A DNA stretch of 63,916 bases, counting the filler, from Octopus bimaculoides (lineage: Eukaryota): the NCBI RefSeq assembly GCF_001194135.2. It is 6 parts of 6 records of this genome, joined end to end, with 100 filler letters (N's around TTAATTAATTAA, not from the genome) between each part and the next. Parts side by side here need not be neighbours in the genome. Positions count along the whole stretch, not along the records: positions 1 to 13,779 come from NC_068994.1; positions 13,880 to 25,785 come from NC_068988.1; 4 more parts are not named here. The stretch is one strand, 5' to 3'. Made by a program: the position numbers and the translations under genes. The notes below the pieces were generated by a model, which ran no database searches, was not told the DNA's origin, and worked only from the letters and a program-made list of their open reading frames with translations. Shown here piece after piece: positions 12,091 to 23,778 of the stretch. Numbering within the stretch: position 1 is the first letter of the stretch; every line of letters begins with the position of its first letter.

Positions 12091-12551
12091 AATCGATATT
12101 AATGAAGAGTGTCATAATGTGGTACTTACCAAGTGATACTGATATTGGTATCACCATGTGGTACTTAACCAAGTGTTCAGTGAACTCGTTATCTTACTAC
12201 CAAAGCAACTTCACTTTCTCTCCCTTAGCAGTTCAGCATAAGACTCTAATAGAATGAGTACCAAAGTTAAAAAATTAAGTACTGGGGTCAATTTGTTTCA
12301 CAAAACCCTTCAAAGGAATGCCCTAGTATGACCAAAGTCTAAGGACCAGAACAAGTAAAAGATAAAAAGATAGACAAGAAGTGAAGGGTAGGTTAGTCAA
12401 TTAAACCAACTGCATTATTTGGCTACTATTTTATTTTAGTGACCCCCAAGGAAATGAAAAATAACATTAACTTTGTTAGGACTTGATCCCAGAAAGTGAA
12501 GAACCAGAACAAATATCACAAGGTATTTTATGCAACTTTCTAATGGTTCTA

Positions 12552-12980
12552 CAAGGTGCATCCCAGAAATTTTGAAACTTTTTCAGAAGAGACAATTATT
12601 AATTTCAAAGAAGTACAAAACTCTAATCTTCTTCAAAGGAGGATCCTCTGATTTCAATGCACTTGTTTTAGCACCCCAGTCACTTTACGAAGGCCCCATG
12701 GAAGTGCCCAGAGCCCTTGTCATAGCCTCTTTATCTTCTCAATGACTTCCAAATAACTGCCCCCTGAGATACTCATTCAGCTTGAAGAACAACCAAAAGT
12801 AAAAAAATGCAAGGTCTGGACTGTAGGGAGGGTGATGGACAGTTTTTATGCCCTTCTCTGCCATCAATGTGTCTTTCCTTCATTCATCACTGAGCACTCT
12901 GGGAGTGAACTTTGCACAAATTTTGTGCATGATCAGATCTTCATGAAAAATCCTGAAGATCTGATCAGGAAGGTGAAGTC
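12552..12980 (-). mobile_element. internally deleted mariner element with 3' TIR
   Basis: minus strand IFHEDLIMHKICAKFTPRVL (WVPHEL-like) joined to HHPPYSPDLA...FWLFFKL...KCIEIRG; TA at 12550-12551 followed by TIR-like CAAGGTGCATCCCAGAAATTTTGAAAC. Confidence 0.7.
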
Positions 12981-13570
12981 TCAAGTAAACATTGTTAAAT
13001 ATTAGGTCCCATGCTCTATTAATTTGGCCTTAAATAGTGACCCTCAGAACTGAAGTACTGCTAGGAAACTGAAGGAAACTGTCTGGGAGTACATCGTGTA
13101 TCATCATCAACATCGTTGTTTTAATGCCTGCATGACTTAGCAGTTTGGCAAAAGAAACCTATAGAATAAATACCAGAATTAAAAAGAGAAAAATACATAA
13201 CAGAATCGATTTGTTGAAATAAACCCTTTAAAGTTTGCCCCAGCATGGCTGCAATCTAATGACTAAAACAAATAAAAGAATATATTTAGGTATGGTGCGT
13301 TTGAATTATTGAACATGTCCTTTGAACAAGATCACATGCATACTAAAAATAGTGGTTGGGGGGAGAGGATATAAGAAGATAAGATATTGGAAGTAGGAAG
13401 GTATGTTGAGAGATAGATAGATAAATATTATCTGTATGTGTATGCATGAGATAAACAGAGATGGAGAGAACTAGAGAGAGAGAGAGCTAGAGAAAGAAAG
13501 TGAGAGAGAGAGAAAGAGAAGGAGGGTGAGAGTGAGTAAAAAGATTTTATGTCGGAGTTCTTTTTTTCTT

Positions 13571-13612
<42 letters not shown>

Positions 13613-13745
13613 TCACACACATGAGATTTTTGTCTCTGTTATTGTATATGAAAAGTTAACTGCAACACAGACAGACCATGCCTGGAGCCAACAAAATTTA
13701 TTGCGAGGGAATATAATTCAATTAGAAAGATAAAGCATTCTCTCT

Positions 13746-13779
<34 letters not shown>

Positions 13780-13879
13780 NNNNNNNNNNNNNNNNNNNNN
13801 NNNNNNNNNNNNNNNNNNNNNNNTTAATTAATTAANNNNNNNNNNNNNNNNNNNNNNNNNNNNNNNNNNNNNNNNNNNN
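13780..13879. other. artificial 100-nt contig-joining linker
   Basis: 44 N + TTAATTAATTAA (13824-13835; palindromic, stop codons in all six frames) + 44 N. Confidence 0.95.
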
Positions 13880-14565
13880 AACTCATTTCACCCTTTTTGG
13901 ATAGACTTGTGACTGGCGACGAAAAATGGATCTTCTATCGAAATGTTAAACGTCGTAAACAGTGGCTTGGTAAAAGGGAAAAAGCTCAACAACAACCGAG
14001 AAGGGAATTTATGGGGAAAAGGTTCTTCTCTCTATCTGGTGGGATTGCAAAGGAGTAATTCACTTTGAATTGTTACCACCTAATGCAACAATCAATGCTC
14101 AAGTCTACTGTCAGTAATTAGAGAGTTTGAACCAAGCTTTGAAGAAAAAAAGACTCGCTTTAGTGAATCGAAAAGGAGTGATGTTTCATCGGGACAATGC
14201 GTGACACCACACTGCAAAGATCACATCGCAGAAGATCGAAGAGCTTGATTGGAAAAAATTCCTCATCCACCTTATTCTCCCGACCTTGCTCCTTCAGACT
14301 ACCATTTGTTTCGTAGTTTACAGAAACATTTGGGGGACATAACTTTCGCAAGCCAGGAGGAGGTCGAAACTGACATCTCAGAGTTCTTTGCTTTGAAACC
14401 AAAAGAGTTTCACATTAATGAGATTAAAAAGCTTGTAAATAGATGGAAGGGAATCATAGATAATCAGGGAAAGTACATTGATGATAAACTTTCAATTCAA
14501 TATAACATTTCATCACTTGTTTTCTTTATTCAAAATTCGGACAGAACTTATGGTATGACTTGATA
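13880..14565 (+). mobile_element. mariner (DD34D) transposase pseudogene, 3' two-thirds plus right TIR
   Basis: VTGDEKW...WWDCKGVIHFELL...HRDNA...HPPYSPDLAPSDYHLF...GKYIDD*; 34 residues between D2 and D3; stops and frameshifts; TIR CGGACAGAACTTATGGTATGACTTGATA followed by TA. Confidence 0.9.
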
Positions 14566-14572
14566 TATATAT

Positions 14573-15930
14573 TGGGACACCCAACAACTGGTTCAGGAGC
14601 ATCCAGTGGTGCAGATGTATCTCGTCGGGTGATAAATGAATACAACTCGTTAAAATAACAGTTCTGCAATGTAACTTTCTATTTTGTAGAAAGAAAAGCA
14701 GCCAGACGGAGGAAATATCTTCATTTATATAGAAGATCAAAAATAAAATCACAGATGGGAAAAAGCGAAACGAACACGCAATCCAGCGAGAAAAGTATTG
14801 AAAATAACTGTTAGTAAATATGGATGTATAAACGCCCTCGGGCAAGCTGCATGGTGCGAGTACACTCGCTCATACAAGCATCCTCAAAAATGTGAGCATA
14901 CGCACACGTGAGGTCTGGTACCTCATGATCACAAAGTGAGTTAACTATCTACTTGGTGTTTATAAGAATGGGGAGGTTAAATATAAACATAAGTCATCCA
15001 TACCTCAAAGTAAATTCAATTATGTTAACGGTTACTCAAAATTCATTCCCACTGCATTGTGTGAAAGTACATTTATATCCATGTAGACATCTCGAGAGTC
15101 GTTCAGAAATTCTATTAATCATCTTTTCGTTAGTGCACAGAATAGACAGGGATTCCTCGGAGCAGAAATGGCATCTCCTGGAAATTATATTGTATGGTTT
15201 CGCGTACCTTACTATGGACCAAGTTATGCTGTACTTCATTTTATCCTCCTTCAGTCGCCATACAAAATCTGCCAAAAATGATAAATTTTTTAAAATTAAT
15301 TGTCTTAAAGCTAGCAACATGGTTATGATAGCAATTCTTAAATGAATCATCCGTCTGCCCAGTGTAAACATACGACCCTCCCCTTGTGTGCACTCTACAT
15401 TTATATTCAAGATTTGTACTCATACAGTGATTCATCTAAGGACATTTTGATTTTTCTCTGCATGAGCATTTATCTTATCTATTTGGTATATAAGGCAGTT
15501 CCAACTCCATTTACCGATGTGTTAGCTGCATCATAAGTATTCCTACTTCTGAAAATTGGTCGTAATTGGTGTTTATCATTGTGGTTTACATTTCCTTGGT
15601 TGGTATTTAGATGCAAATGTTCGCTACATCCAGTAGGTGGGTTATTGAACCATTGCCGCATTTTGTTATTGTTTATGCGATGCATAAGCTGCTCTAAATT
15701 AGCAGAGTTGGCGTAGGATATCGTCGCGGTGTGCCGATTAAAAAGAGCATGATACCGATTAGATTTAGGAAAACACTTGTCCAAAGCAGAAAAAAAATTT
15801 CCAGCGATCATGGTTGAAACATGCGAACCGAAAATCGGGTTGAACCAGAGGACATCCTGATTCGTATGTCTGTTGTTAGGCTTATTTGATCGAGTGAATT
15901 GTACAAGCAGTTGGAGGTGTACTGGCACTG
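14573..15930 (-). mobile_element. Penelope-like element (Naiad-like): RT thumb/linker, GIY-YIG endonuclease and 3' pseudo-LTR, disrupted
   Basis: VLWFNPIFG...LDKCFP...LFNRHTATISY, then CSCREKSKCP*MNHC...YVYTGQTDDSFKNCYHNH...VWRLK...CHFCSEE...RCLH; terminal sequence repeated at 19266-19478. Confidence 0.8.
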
Positions 15931-16149
15931 AGAGTGATCAGATGACATACTTGGGGGACTTAATTAATCAGAGATTTAATTATTGATACATATATAAAGA
16001 TTCCATTCCCTATCTCCAATAATCTGTCACACTATTTTCACTCAGTGCAACATCTGCACACTTATCTTTTCTACTCTTCTATTCTATTCTAGCTCATATT
16101 GATGTTGTACCTGGACTTCACATCTCTTTCTTTCTCTCTTTCACTTTCC

Positions 16150-16490
16150 AGGTGGGCAAGCCATGTATTCACCTCTCCAGCAAGACACCTGCTTCTCTTC
16201 TTATGTCATAATTTTTTATTCCTCTTGTTTATATCCAGCTCAGTTGAGGGGTCTTATCTTGTGGTTACTTGGCGACCTCATCAGAGCTGGTGCCATGTAA
16301 AAATTACCCAGTACACTCAGTTAAGTGGTTGGCGTTAGGAAGTGCATTAAATTGTAGAAACTATGCCAAAGCAAACACAGAACCTGGCAGAGCACTCTGG
16401 CCTCACTGTTATTATCAAACCGTCCAACCAATGCCAACATGGGAAAAAGGATATTAAATGATGATGACGACGATGATGACAATGATGATT
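16150..16490 (+). mobile_element. RTE-type 3' end with (GAT)n tail
   Basis: TGGCGTTAGGAAGTGC...CCGTCCAACCAATGCCAACATGGGAAAA...ATGATGATG. Confidence 0.65.
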
Positions 16491-16712
16491 ATAAATATAT
16501 AATAAATATCTTTTGTCTTCCTACCTCTCTCTTTCTCTCTCCCTCACAGAATACTTTACTTCCAGTGGCTTTTCGCCACTGACACCACCAAATGAGAACA
16601 ATGTCAACGTTAAAAGCGTGAAATTATTAGGACTGATGAGGAATTAGCCATGAATTTTCTGTTTGTTATGTTTTTGTAAAATTTTATGCTAGTTGTGTTA
16701 TATATGTATGTA

Positions 16713-19052
16713 CAGTGATACCTTGACATATGAGTGTCCCAACTAACGAGTTTTTCGAGATACGAGCCGTCTCTCGGCCGAATTTTTGCTTGGAGTTGCG
16801 AGTTAAAATTCGGGTTACGAGCCAGTTTCAGATACTCCACCGCTAGTTGGCGTAGCGAATACCGTAACATCCACGGTGAATGCCGTAACATCCGCCCTGC
16901 ATGCCGTATCTCACTCAATAACTAGACAGACATGCGCGTAAGCAAGTGCGAAGAAAGTTAGTGGATCGATAGCCAGACGGGTGGCAAAATGCTTACTTAG
17001 TCGTTGCAGGCTACAGAAGCATCAGTGTTGTGCTCGCAATTGTGTTTGCATTTATTTTGCAAAACTTCGTTTTTCCAACCATGGGTTCAAAGAAAGTGAG
17101 TGTGAAGGACAGTGCTGAGAAGAAATGGATGATGTGCATTGAATTACAGAAAGAGATTATCGGAAAACATGACCAACGTGTGTGTGTAGTCGATTTGGCG
17201 AAGCAGTGAGAGCGTAACACTTCTATGATCTGCACCATACTGAAACAGAAGGAGTCGATAAAGGCTATAACGCCAGCCAAGGGCGTTAAAATAATTTCTA
17301 AACAGCGGACATCTATCCATGAAAATATGGAGAAGCTGCTGATGGAGTGGTTGACAGAGAAGCAGTTCGCAGGAGATACCGTGACGAAGGATATAATCTG
17401 CGAGAAGGCATGAGCTATTTACGCTGATTTGCTGCAGCAGACCCCTGGCACTTGTACAGACGAGCCGTTTAAAGCCAGTCAGGGCTGGTTCAAGAATTTT
17501 AAAAAGCTGACTAGCATTCACCCCCTCGTCAGGCATGGTGAGGCAGCGAGCGCCGATATGAAGACAGTCGAGGATTACTTCGAAACTTTTGCCGGAATTA
17601 TAGCAGCTGAAGGATACATCCCTCAGCAAGTCTTCAGCTGTGACAAGACAAGACTTTTTTTGGAAGGTGCCAAGGAGGACTTATAAAATGGCAGAGAAGA
17701 AGAAGATGCCAGGCCACAAACCCATGAAGGATAGGCTAACCCTCGCACTGTGCGCCAATGCGAGCGGCGACTGCAAGATTAAGCCGCTGCTCGTTTATCA
17801 TTTGGAAAACTCCATAGCCTATAAGTCACTTAAGATTCTGAAAGAAAAACTGCAGGTTATGTGGAGGGCAAACCCAAGGGTCTGGGTCACCTGGCAGTTC
17901 TTTGTGGAGTGGGTGAATTTGGTCTTTGGTCCTGACGTTAAGAAATATCTCCAGGAAAGTAACCAACCCCTGCAAGCCCTTCTCAACCTGGACTATGCAC
18001 TTGCTCACCCAAACCTCGAAGATGACATCCTCGAAGAGTTCGAGTTTATAAAGATCTTCTACCTTCCACCCAATACCACCCGTATCCTGCAGCCCATGGA
18101 TCAGCAATTGAATTCTAATTTCAAGAAGCTTTTCACCAAGCACCTTGTTCCGCCGCTGCTTTGAGGTGACAGAGAGCACAAACCTCACCCTGTAAGAGTT
18201 CTGGAAGGACCACTATAACATCGAGATATGCCTCAGAATTATCGATATCGCCTGGCAGGGTGTTACAAAGAGGAACTTGACCTCTGCGTGGAAGATGTGA
18301 CCTGAGGTCGTGTCTGAAACGGTCTTTGAAAGATTCGAACCCAAAGTGGCAGTGGTGGAGGAGATTGTATCGCTTAGCAAGTCCATGGGCCTGGACATGA
18401 ATGAAGGTGACATCAACGAGCTCATCGAAGAGCACTCCGAGGAACTGACAACGGAGGAGCTAAAGGAGTTACTGACGTAGCAGCACACGGAGGTTTTGCA
18501 GGAAATAGTTGACGTGGAGGAGGTTATCTCTACAACTGCGAATAAGGAAATGTTGGGAATGTGGGAGAAACTTCCCAACTTTATTCGAGAGAAGCACCCA
18601 GAAAAAGTTGTAACTGGGCGTGAGACAGCGCTATTTAATGACTCTTGCCAAACTCATTTCAAAAACATACTGAAACGGAGGATGAAACAGATGTCGTTGG
18701 ACAGGTTTTTATCGAAAACTCCTGCAGATAAAAGTAAGGAAACCATGGCGAAAGGGGCAAAAATCAGTGAATAAGATTCAGTTATTCAGTTCAGCCTTTC
18801 TCCTCCACCTCCGTCAGCATCCTCAAGTCTTTTGATCTGCAAGGTAAATACTGTACATTATACTTAATAAAACCAATTTATTGCAGTACGTTCTATTGTA
18901 TTGTTTTTATACTATATTCGTTATTTGTAAGCACATTTTTCGCATATAAAAACATGTAACAAAAAAGTTGCGGTGTTTTGCGGGGTGGGTGGGACGGAAC
19001 AGATTAAGGGCAAATTGATTTGACAGACGAGTAATGTGAGATTAAAACAGAT
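16713..19052 (+). mobile_element. Tigger/pogo DNA transposon, near full length; right end lost in gap
   Basis: TA followed by CAGTGATACCTTGACATATGAG left end; TIGD1-like transposase 17081-18774 with HTH regions, FKASQGWF, SCDKT, LDYA, QPMDQ (35 residues between D2 and D3 in this copy). Confidence 0.9.
17081..18774 (+). pseudogene. Tigger transposase pseudogene (about 560 codons, several stops and frameshifts)
   Basis: MGSKKVSVKDSAEKK... stitched from the ORFs at 17225, 17429, 17640 and 18496. Confidence 0.88.
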
Positions 19053-19192
19053 NNNNNNNNNNNNNNNNNNNNNNNNNNNNNNNNNNNNNNNNNNNNNNNN
19101 NNNNNNNNNNNNNNNNNNNNNNNNNNNNNNNNNNNNNNNNNNNNNNNNNNNNNNNNNNNNNNNNNNNNNNNNNNNNNNNNNNNNNNNNNNNN

Positions 19193-19478
19193 TAGAAGAC
19201 GGAATATACGAGAATTTATTATTAATCACAATTGTTTCGGCACATCTAGCATCGATTGCTCTTGGGTGGGACACTCAACAACTGGTTCAGGAGCATCCGG
19301 TGGTGCAGATGTATCTCGTCGGGTGATAAATAAATAAAAACAACTCGTTAAAATGACTTTTCCACAATGTAACTTTCCGTTTTGTAGAGAGAAAAACAGC
19401 CAGACGAAGGAAAAAATCTTCAGAAATATAGATCAAAAATAAAATTGCAGATGACAAAAAGAGAAACGAACACGTAAT
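19193..19478 (-). mobile_element. second copy of the PLE terminal repeat (pseudo-LTR)
   Basis: 19266-19478 is a direct repeat (roughly 80 percent) of 14573-14790. Confidence 0.7.
19225..19327 (-). ncRNA. type I hammerhead ribozyme-like motif in the PLE pseudo-LTR
   Basis: minus strand ATCAC-CCGACGA-GATACATCTGC...GCTAGATGTGCC-GAA-ACAAT-T-GTGAT: 5-bp stem I, stem II with a 7-bp core, U4C variant, stem III mismatch. Confidence 0.55.
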
Positions 19479-21125
19479 CCATATATATATATAAAACTGA
19501 GAATGTGTCTGTCTGTATGCATGTATGTATGTGTGTATCCCTAAAACTCGAGAACTACCCAACCAATTTCATTCAAATTTTACACATGTATTACTTAGGG
19601 TCCATGGAGTATCATGGGCCAAAAAACATTTTCAACTTCTTGCCTACGTTCTGAGTTCAAATTCCGCCGAAGTCGACTTTGCCTTTCATCCTTTCGGGGT
19701 CGATTAAATAAGTACCAGTTACGCATTGGGGTCGATATAATCAGCTTCATCCGTTTGTCAGTCCTTGTTTGTTCCCTCTGTGTGTAGCCCCTTGTGGGTA
19801 GTAAAGAAAGAACATGTGCTTAATATATATATATAGCATTTTATAGAGATAATCTTTCTATAGTCAAGTATAGTACAGGACATTATATACGACGATGACG
19901 ACGACGACAACGTCACATTTTGTATATGAACGTGTATGTGTCTATCAGTGTATGTGTATGAATGTATGAATGAGTATGTGTTGCTCAGTGTGTGTGTGTT
20001 TCCGCGTTCAACGACGTCACATTTTGTACCTATGTGTCTGTGAGTATGTGTGTGAGTGAATGAGTGTGTATGTGTCTGAGTGTGTATGTTTCCGCATTAG
20101 TTTGACATGCATGAATGTATGTCTGTATGTTTTTCTCTTACTATATAGTATTACCCCCACGACTGTCAATATGTAATTTTTTCATTTCCATTAAAACAAT
20201 ATAACATTTCATAGACACAATCTTTCTATAGTCAACTATAGTATAGGACATTTTATATGAGTGTGTATGTGTATGTGAGTGTGTAAATGTGGGTGTATAT
20301 GTTTCTTGTACTGTGTGTGTGAGTGTGTGTTTCCGCGTTAGGTACGTTATTAAACATACACACTCATCTATACACATACATATCCATATGTAACGAGAAC
20401 GTCTGGAGGTGAAACTCTTGACAAAAAACAATTAGGTGGCATGTCCAAGATATATAAAAATACACATCTACCGTTCAATTACCAGTTTATAATTATCGAA
20501 GCAGTTGCAAGGTTACAAAGTATTTACAATTTGCTTATATTTGGGTAATTTACACACTGCATACAACAATACAGACATACTACATACATACAACTGCTTA
20601 CAAAAATAGAGATTGATTTTTTTCTATGTTCATAATTTTTTGTTTACAATATTGAAAAAATATATACCACCAGAAAAAAAGGGAATCTCTCCAGAAACAC
20701 CTATCAAGCAAGGCAAAGTGCTGAAAACCGAAGGCAAGAGTCTCAAAAAATAAGGGACATGAAGCTTTCTGAAGATCAGCAAAGGCATGCTGCATACGTC
20801 TGATGGAGTCTCAAGAAAGAAAGGAGATGAAACTTTCTCAAGATCAGCAAAGGCATGTTGCAGCACTTAATGGTGCATCATTAAAACAAAGTTTAGCACA
20901 CCAGATTACACAGAGGTCTAATAGAATAGCTCTCCGAAACACGCCATGTACAAATTTGTTCTCTGCAACTCCTGGAGCTGCTTTCAGTTATGAACCATCC
21001 CATTCTTATAAAAATTATAATTCTGTCCAAATTGGTGTGCTAAACTCAAATTGTCGTTTCTACAAAGCTTTAAAATTTACTCCACAAATGTTGTCGTCAA
21101 TGCTGCACTTTCCTGTATCACTTTT
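19478..21125 (+). mobile_element. Helitron 5' portion (5' terminus, subterminal repeats, RepHel N-terminus), truncated by gap
   Basis: A/TCCATATATATATATAAAA terminus; (M)PPEKKGNLSRNT...ESQ..R.MKLS.DQQRH repeats...AAFSYEPSHSY...IGVLNSNCRFYKALKF, typical of the Helitron Rep N-terminal region. Confidence 0.6.
19640..19810 (+). mobile_element. family B SINE, 5'-truncated, inside the Helitron
   Basis: GTTCTGAGTTCAAATTCCGCCGAAGTCGACTTTGCCTTTCATCCTTTCGGGGTCG. Confidence 0.85.
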
Positions 21126-21389
21126 TTCAACATATCTGTAATATATATATATATATATATANNNNNNNNNNNNNNNNNNNNNNNNNNNNNNNNNNNNNNN
21201 NNNNNNNNNNNNNNNNNNNNNNNNNNNNNNNNNNNNNNNNNNNNNNNNNNNNNNNNNNNNNNNNNNNNNNNNNNNNNNNNNNNNNNNNNNNNNNNNNNNN
21301 NNNNNNCAATGCCGAGTACACTCACACACACACATATATATGTGTATAAAGAGAGAGAGGAGGAGAGAGAGAAAGAGAAAGAGAGAGAG

Positions 21390-21432
<43 letters not shown>

Positions 21433-22385
21433 AACATAATCTTAGACCCTTTCTTTCTCATTATTACTTCTTAGCTCTCCCTTATAATCGCATGATCTCA
21501 GCTATTCTCCAATTTGGGTTCCTCTTCCTTCTCTCTCCATGTTTTCTCTTCTCCCTCCCTCTCTCTCCTCTCCTCATCCCTCATTATAGTTATAAGTCTG
21601 AAAGTAGCTCGCTACCTAAATAATAAACTAACATGTGATGTAATAATGATGTTTGTTATTTTAGTTTAGTGTTTACATCAACAAATATGCAGTGTTGTGT
21701 CATTCAAGCTGTCCTCTCTCTCTTTCTCTCTCTACACTCCTTATTCCAATATTATTTATCCCATCTCGCCAGATGTGTTGTGTTGTTCAAGCTGTTGCTT
21801 TGTAACACACTCTCCTCTCTTCTATTCTTTTATTGACCTTCTTACATTCACACACATGCTCACAGCGAGATACATACATGTATGTGAGCGTGTGTGTGAA
21901 TACATACACAGATATATACAAATACATTAAAAAATAAAGTATATACATATGCACACCCACACACACATACGTATATGAACACATTCGTAAACATATTCTT
22001 ATCATTACCTCTCTAACCAACCCCACGACCATCTGTTCCTTTACCACCATATCTCTACTAACACTACCATCTCTATATCAGGATCACATGACTGAAACTG
22101 ACATCATATCAGTTCACGTGTCTATCCCTTCTCCCCACCTCTAACCGATTTACGTTATTTTGATCAGTATCTTGACCGATAAACACCACTACCAGTAACA
22201 ACAACAAAAACAACACTGCCACCACCACCTCCACAACCAACAATAATAATACGAACACCACTACCACTACAACACCAAAACTAAAACTATCCCCATAACA
22301 GCACCACCACCAACACTACAATAATCACTAGACCACCACCAAAATATTTCTGTTTCTTCCACCAGCTTCCCTTTAAAAAATCCCA

Positions 22386-22830
22386 TTCACTGCAGAAAAA
22401 GACACAGACGTTAGAACTAGAATTCTCGCTAAGCTGGAACAAAAGCAAGATGTGACTCTACAGCAAGTGTTAGGAGAATGTGAAAGGATAGTCAAATTAA
22501 GACACGACACAGAGGAAATTGAACGTAAAGATTGTTTCCAAGTATAGCAAGTGTGAAATAGTCAGAATAGAAATAAAGTGTTTTCTAAATAAAAACATGA
22601 CAAAAATCAGGAAATAAACCCATGTTTTGCAAGTGGAGGTATAAACCTGAGTAAAAATTGTCCATTAAAAAAAGCGGAGTGCTTTCGTTTTGGAAATATA
22701 AAACATAAAAATGCACTGTAAAACGAAGATGACAAAACGTCAGAACAAAGGAAAAGAATAAATAAGTCATCGGAAGAAATTGACAATCTAACGATGAGAA
22801 AATTCGTGAAGGTGAAAATCAGAAATACAG
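22386..22830 (+). mobile_element. Ty3/Gypsy gag C-terminus with two degenerate zinc knuckles and start of protease
   Basis: TAEKDTDVRTRILAKLEQKQDVTLQQVLGECERIVKLRHDT...PCFASGG...NCP...ECFRFGNIKH...RKFVKVKI; multiple stops. Confidence 0.65.
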
Positions 22831-22834
22831 GGTA

Positions 22835-23282
22835 TTTTTGTATGTATATGTGCAGATTTGTATGTTTTGTTTTATGTATGTATTTTCGTGCATATAGTTG
22901 CATATCTAGACATGCTCATATATACTTAAATGATAAACTTCTGGAATGTACTACAGATTTTTATAGTTCCAGTGATGGCTTGAATCTGNNNNNNNNNNTG
23001 TTTTATGTATGTATTTTCGTGCATATAGTTGCATATCTAGACATGCTCATATATACTTAAATGATAAACTTCTGGAATGTACTACAGATTTTTATAGTTC
23101 CAGTGATGGCTTGAATCTGCAGTCTCCGGATCAACTTTCTCCTTTCTGGTTTTGAGAAACCTAATTCTCAAGTGCCCCAATAATTACAGGCATAAACCAG
23201 AACTTGTAATCTGGATAGAGTAACTGCAGATTTCTCAATAGTTCAGCCTAGGTATTCTCTTTTTCGCTGATTTTTAGTTTTA
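22835..23282 (-). mobile_element. R4/Dong-like 3' fragment, second copy
   Basis: reverse complement of 10262-10620; part duplicated across the 10-N gap at 22989. Confidence 0.8.
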
Positions 23283-23778
23283 TGTATGTATGTATGTATG
23301 TATGTATGTATGTATGTATGTATGTATGTATGTGTTGTGGCGGACACCCCCAGGTGAGAAGTAGGCTGGTCCAAAGAAATCAGTCAGCGAGGTACACTGT
23401 TCAGGCTAGTTCTGCAGAGACGACGAAATACGTCGTCATAAAGCGGGACATAACAGTATGTATGCGTACTGTTGACGATAGTAAGTTTCACATTTTGTAT
23501 ATAGAGATATGTAAGGCAATTTGTATGTGTGTGTGTGTATGTGTGTGCGCGCGTGCGCACATGTGTGCACGCACAATATATAATAATGCAAAGTGTGGAG
23601 TTTATGGTGTTCTATTGATCTCAAGGCCCACAATTGTTTCAACAACTTACAGGGAAGCAATCACACCTCATGTCTATACATGGACGATAACGACGATTTA
23701 GTCATGCATATTATATAACGTATATATACACGCGTTCTCCAATTACCTCTGAAGAAATCATTTCTGGTGCCATTATGT

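Noticed and set aside
13824-13835. TTAATTAATTAA as a regulatory or homeodomain site
   Set aside because: It always sits in the centre of a 100-nt N block, so it is an assembly linker.
14945-15000. SECIS-like stem after the Naiad-like ORF (minus strand ATGA-CTTATGTTTATA...TATAAACACCAAG-TAGAT); some Naiads encode selenoproteins
   Set aside because: The GA quartet is out of register by about 2 nt, and the conserved Cys codons of this GIY-YIG are TGC/TGT, not TGA.
16630-16665. CTGATGAG-GAATT...AATT motif (also CTGATGAAGG at 46509, 62876 and 42175)
   Set aside because: No GAAA in register after a stem.
22868-23120. Apparent 120-bp tandem duplication (also at 7481-7548 and 62106-62190)
   Set aside because: Identical flanks on either side of a fixed 10-N gap indicate unmerged contig overlaps.
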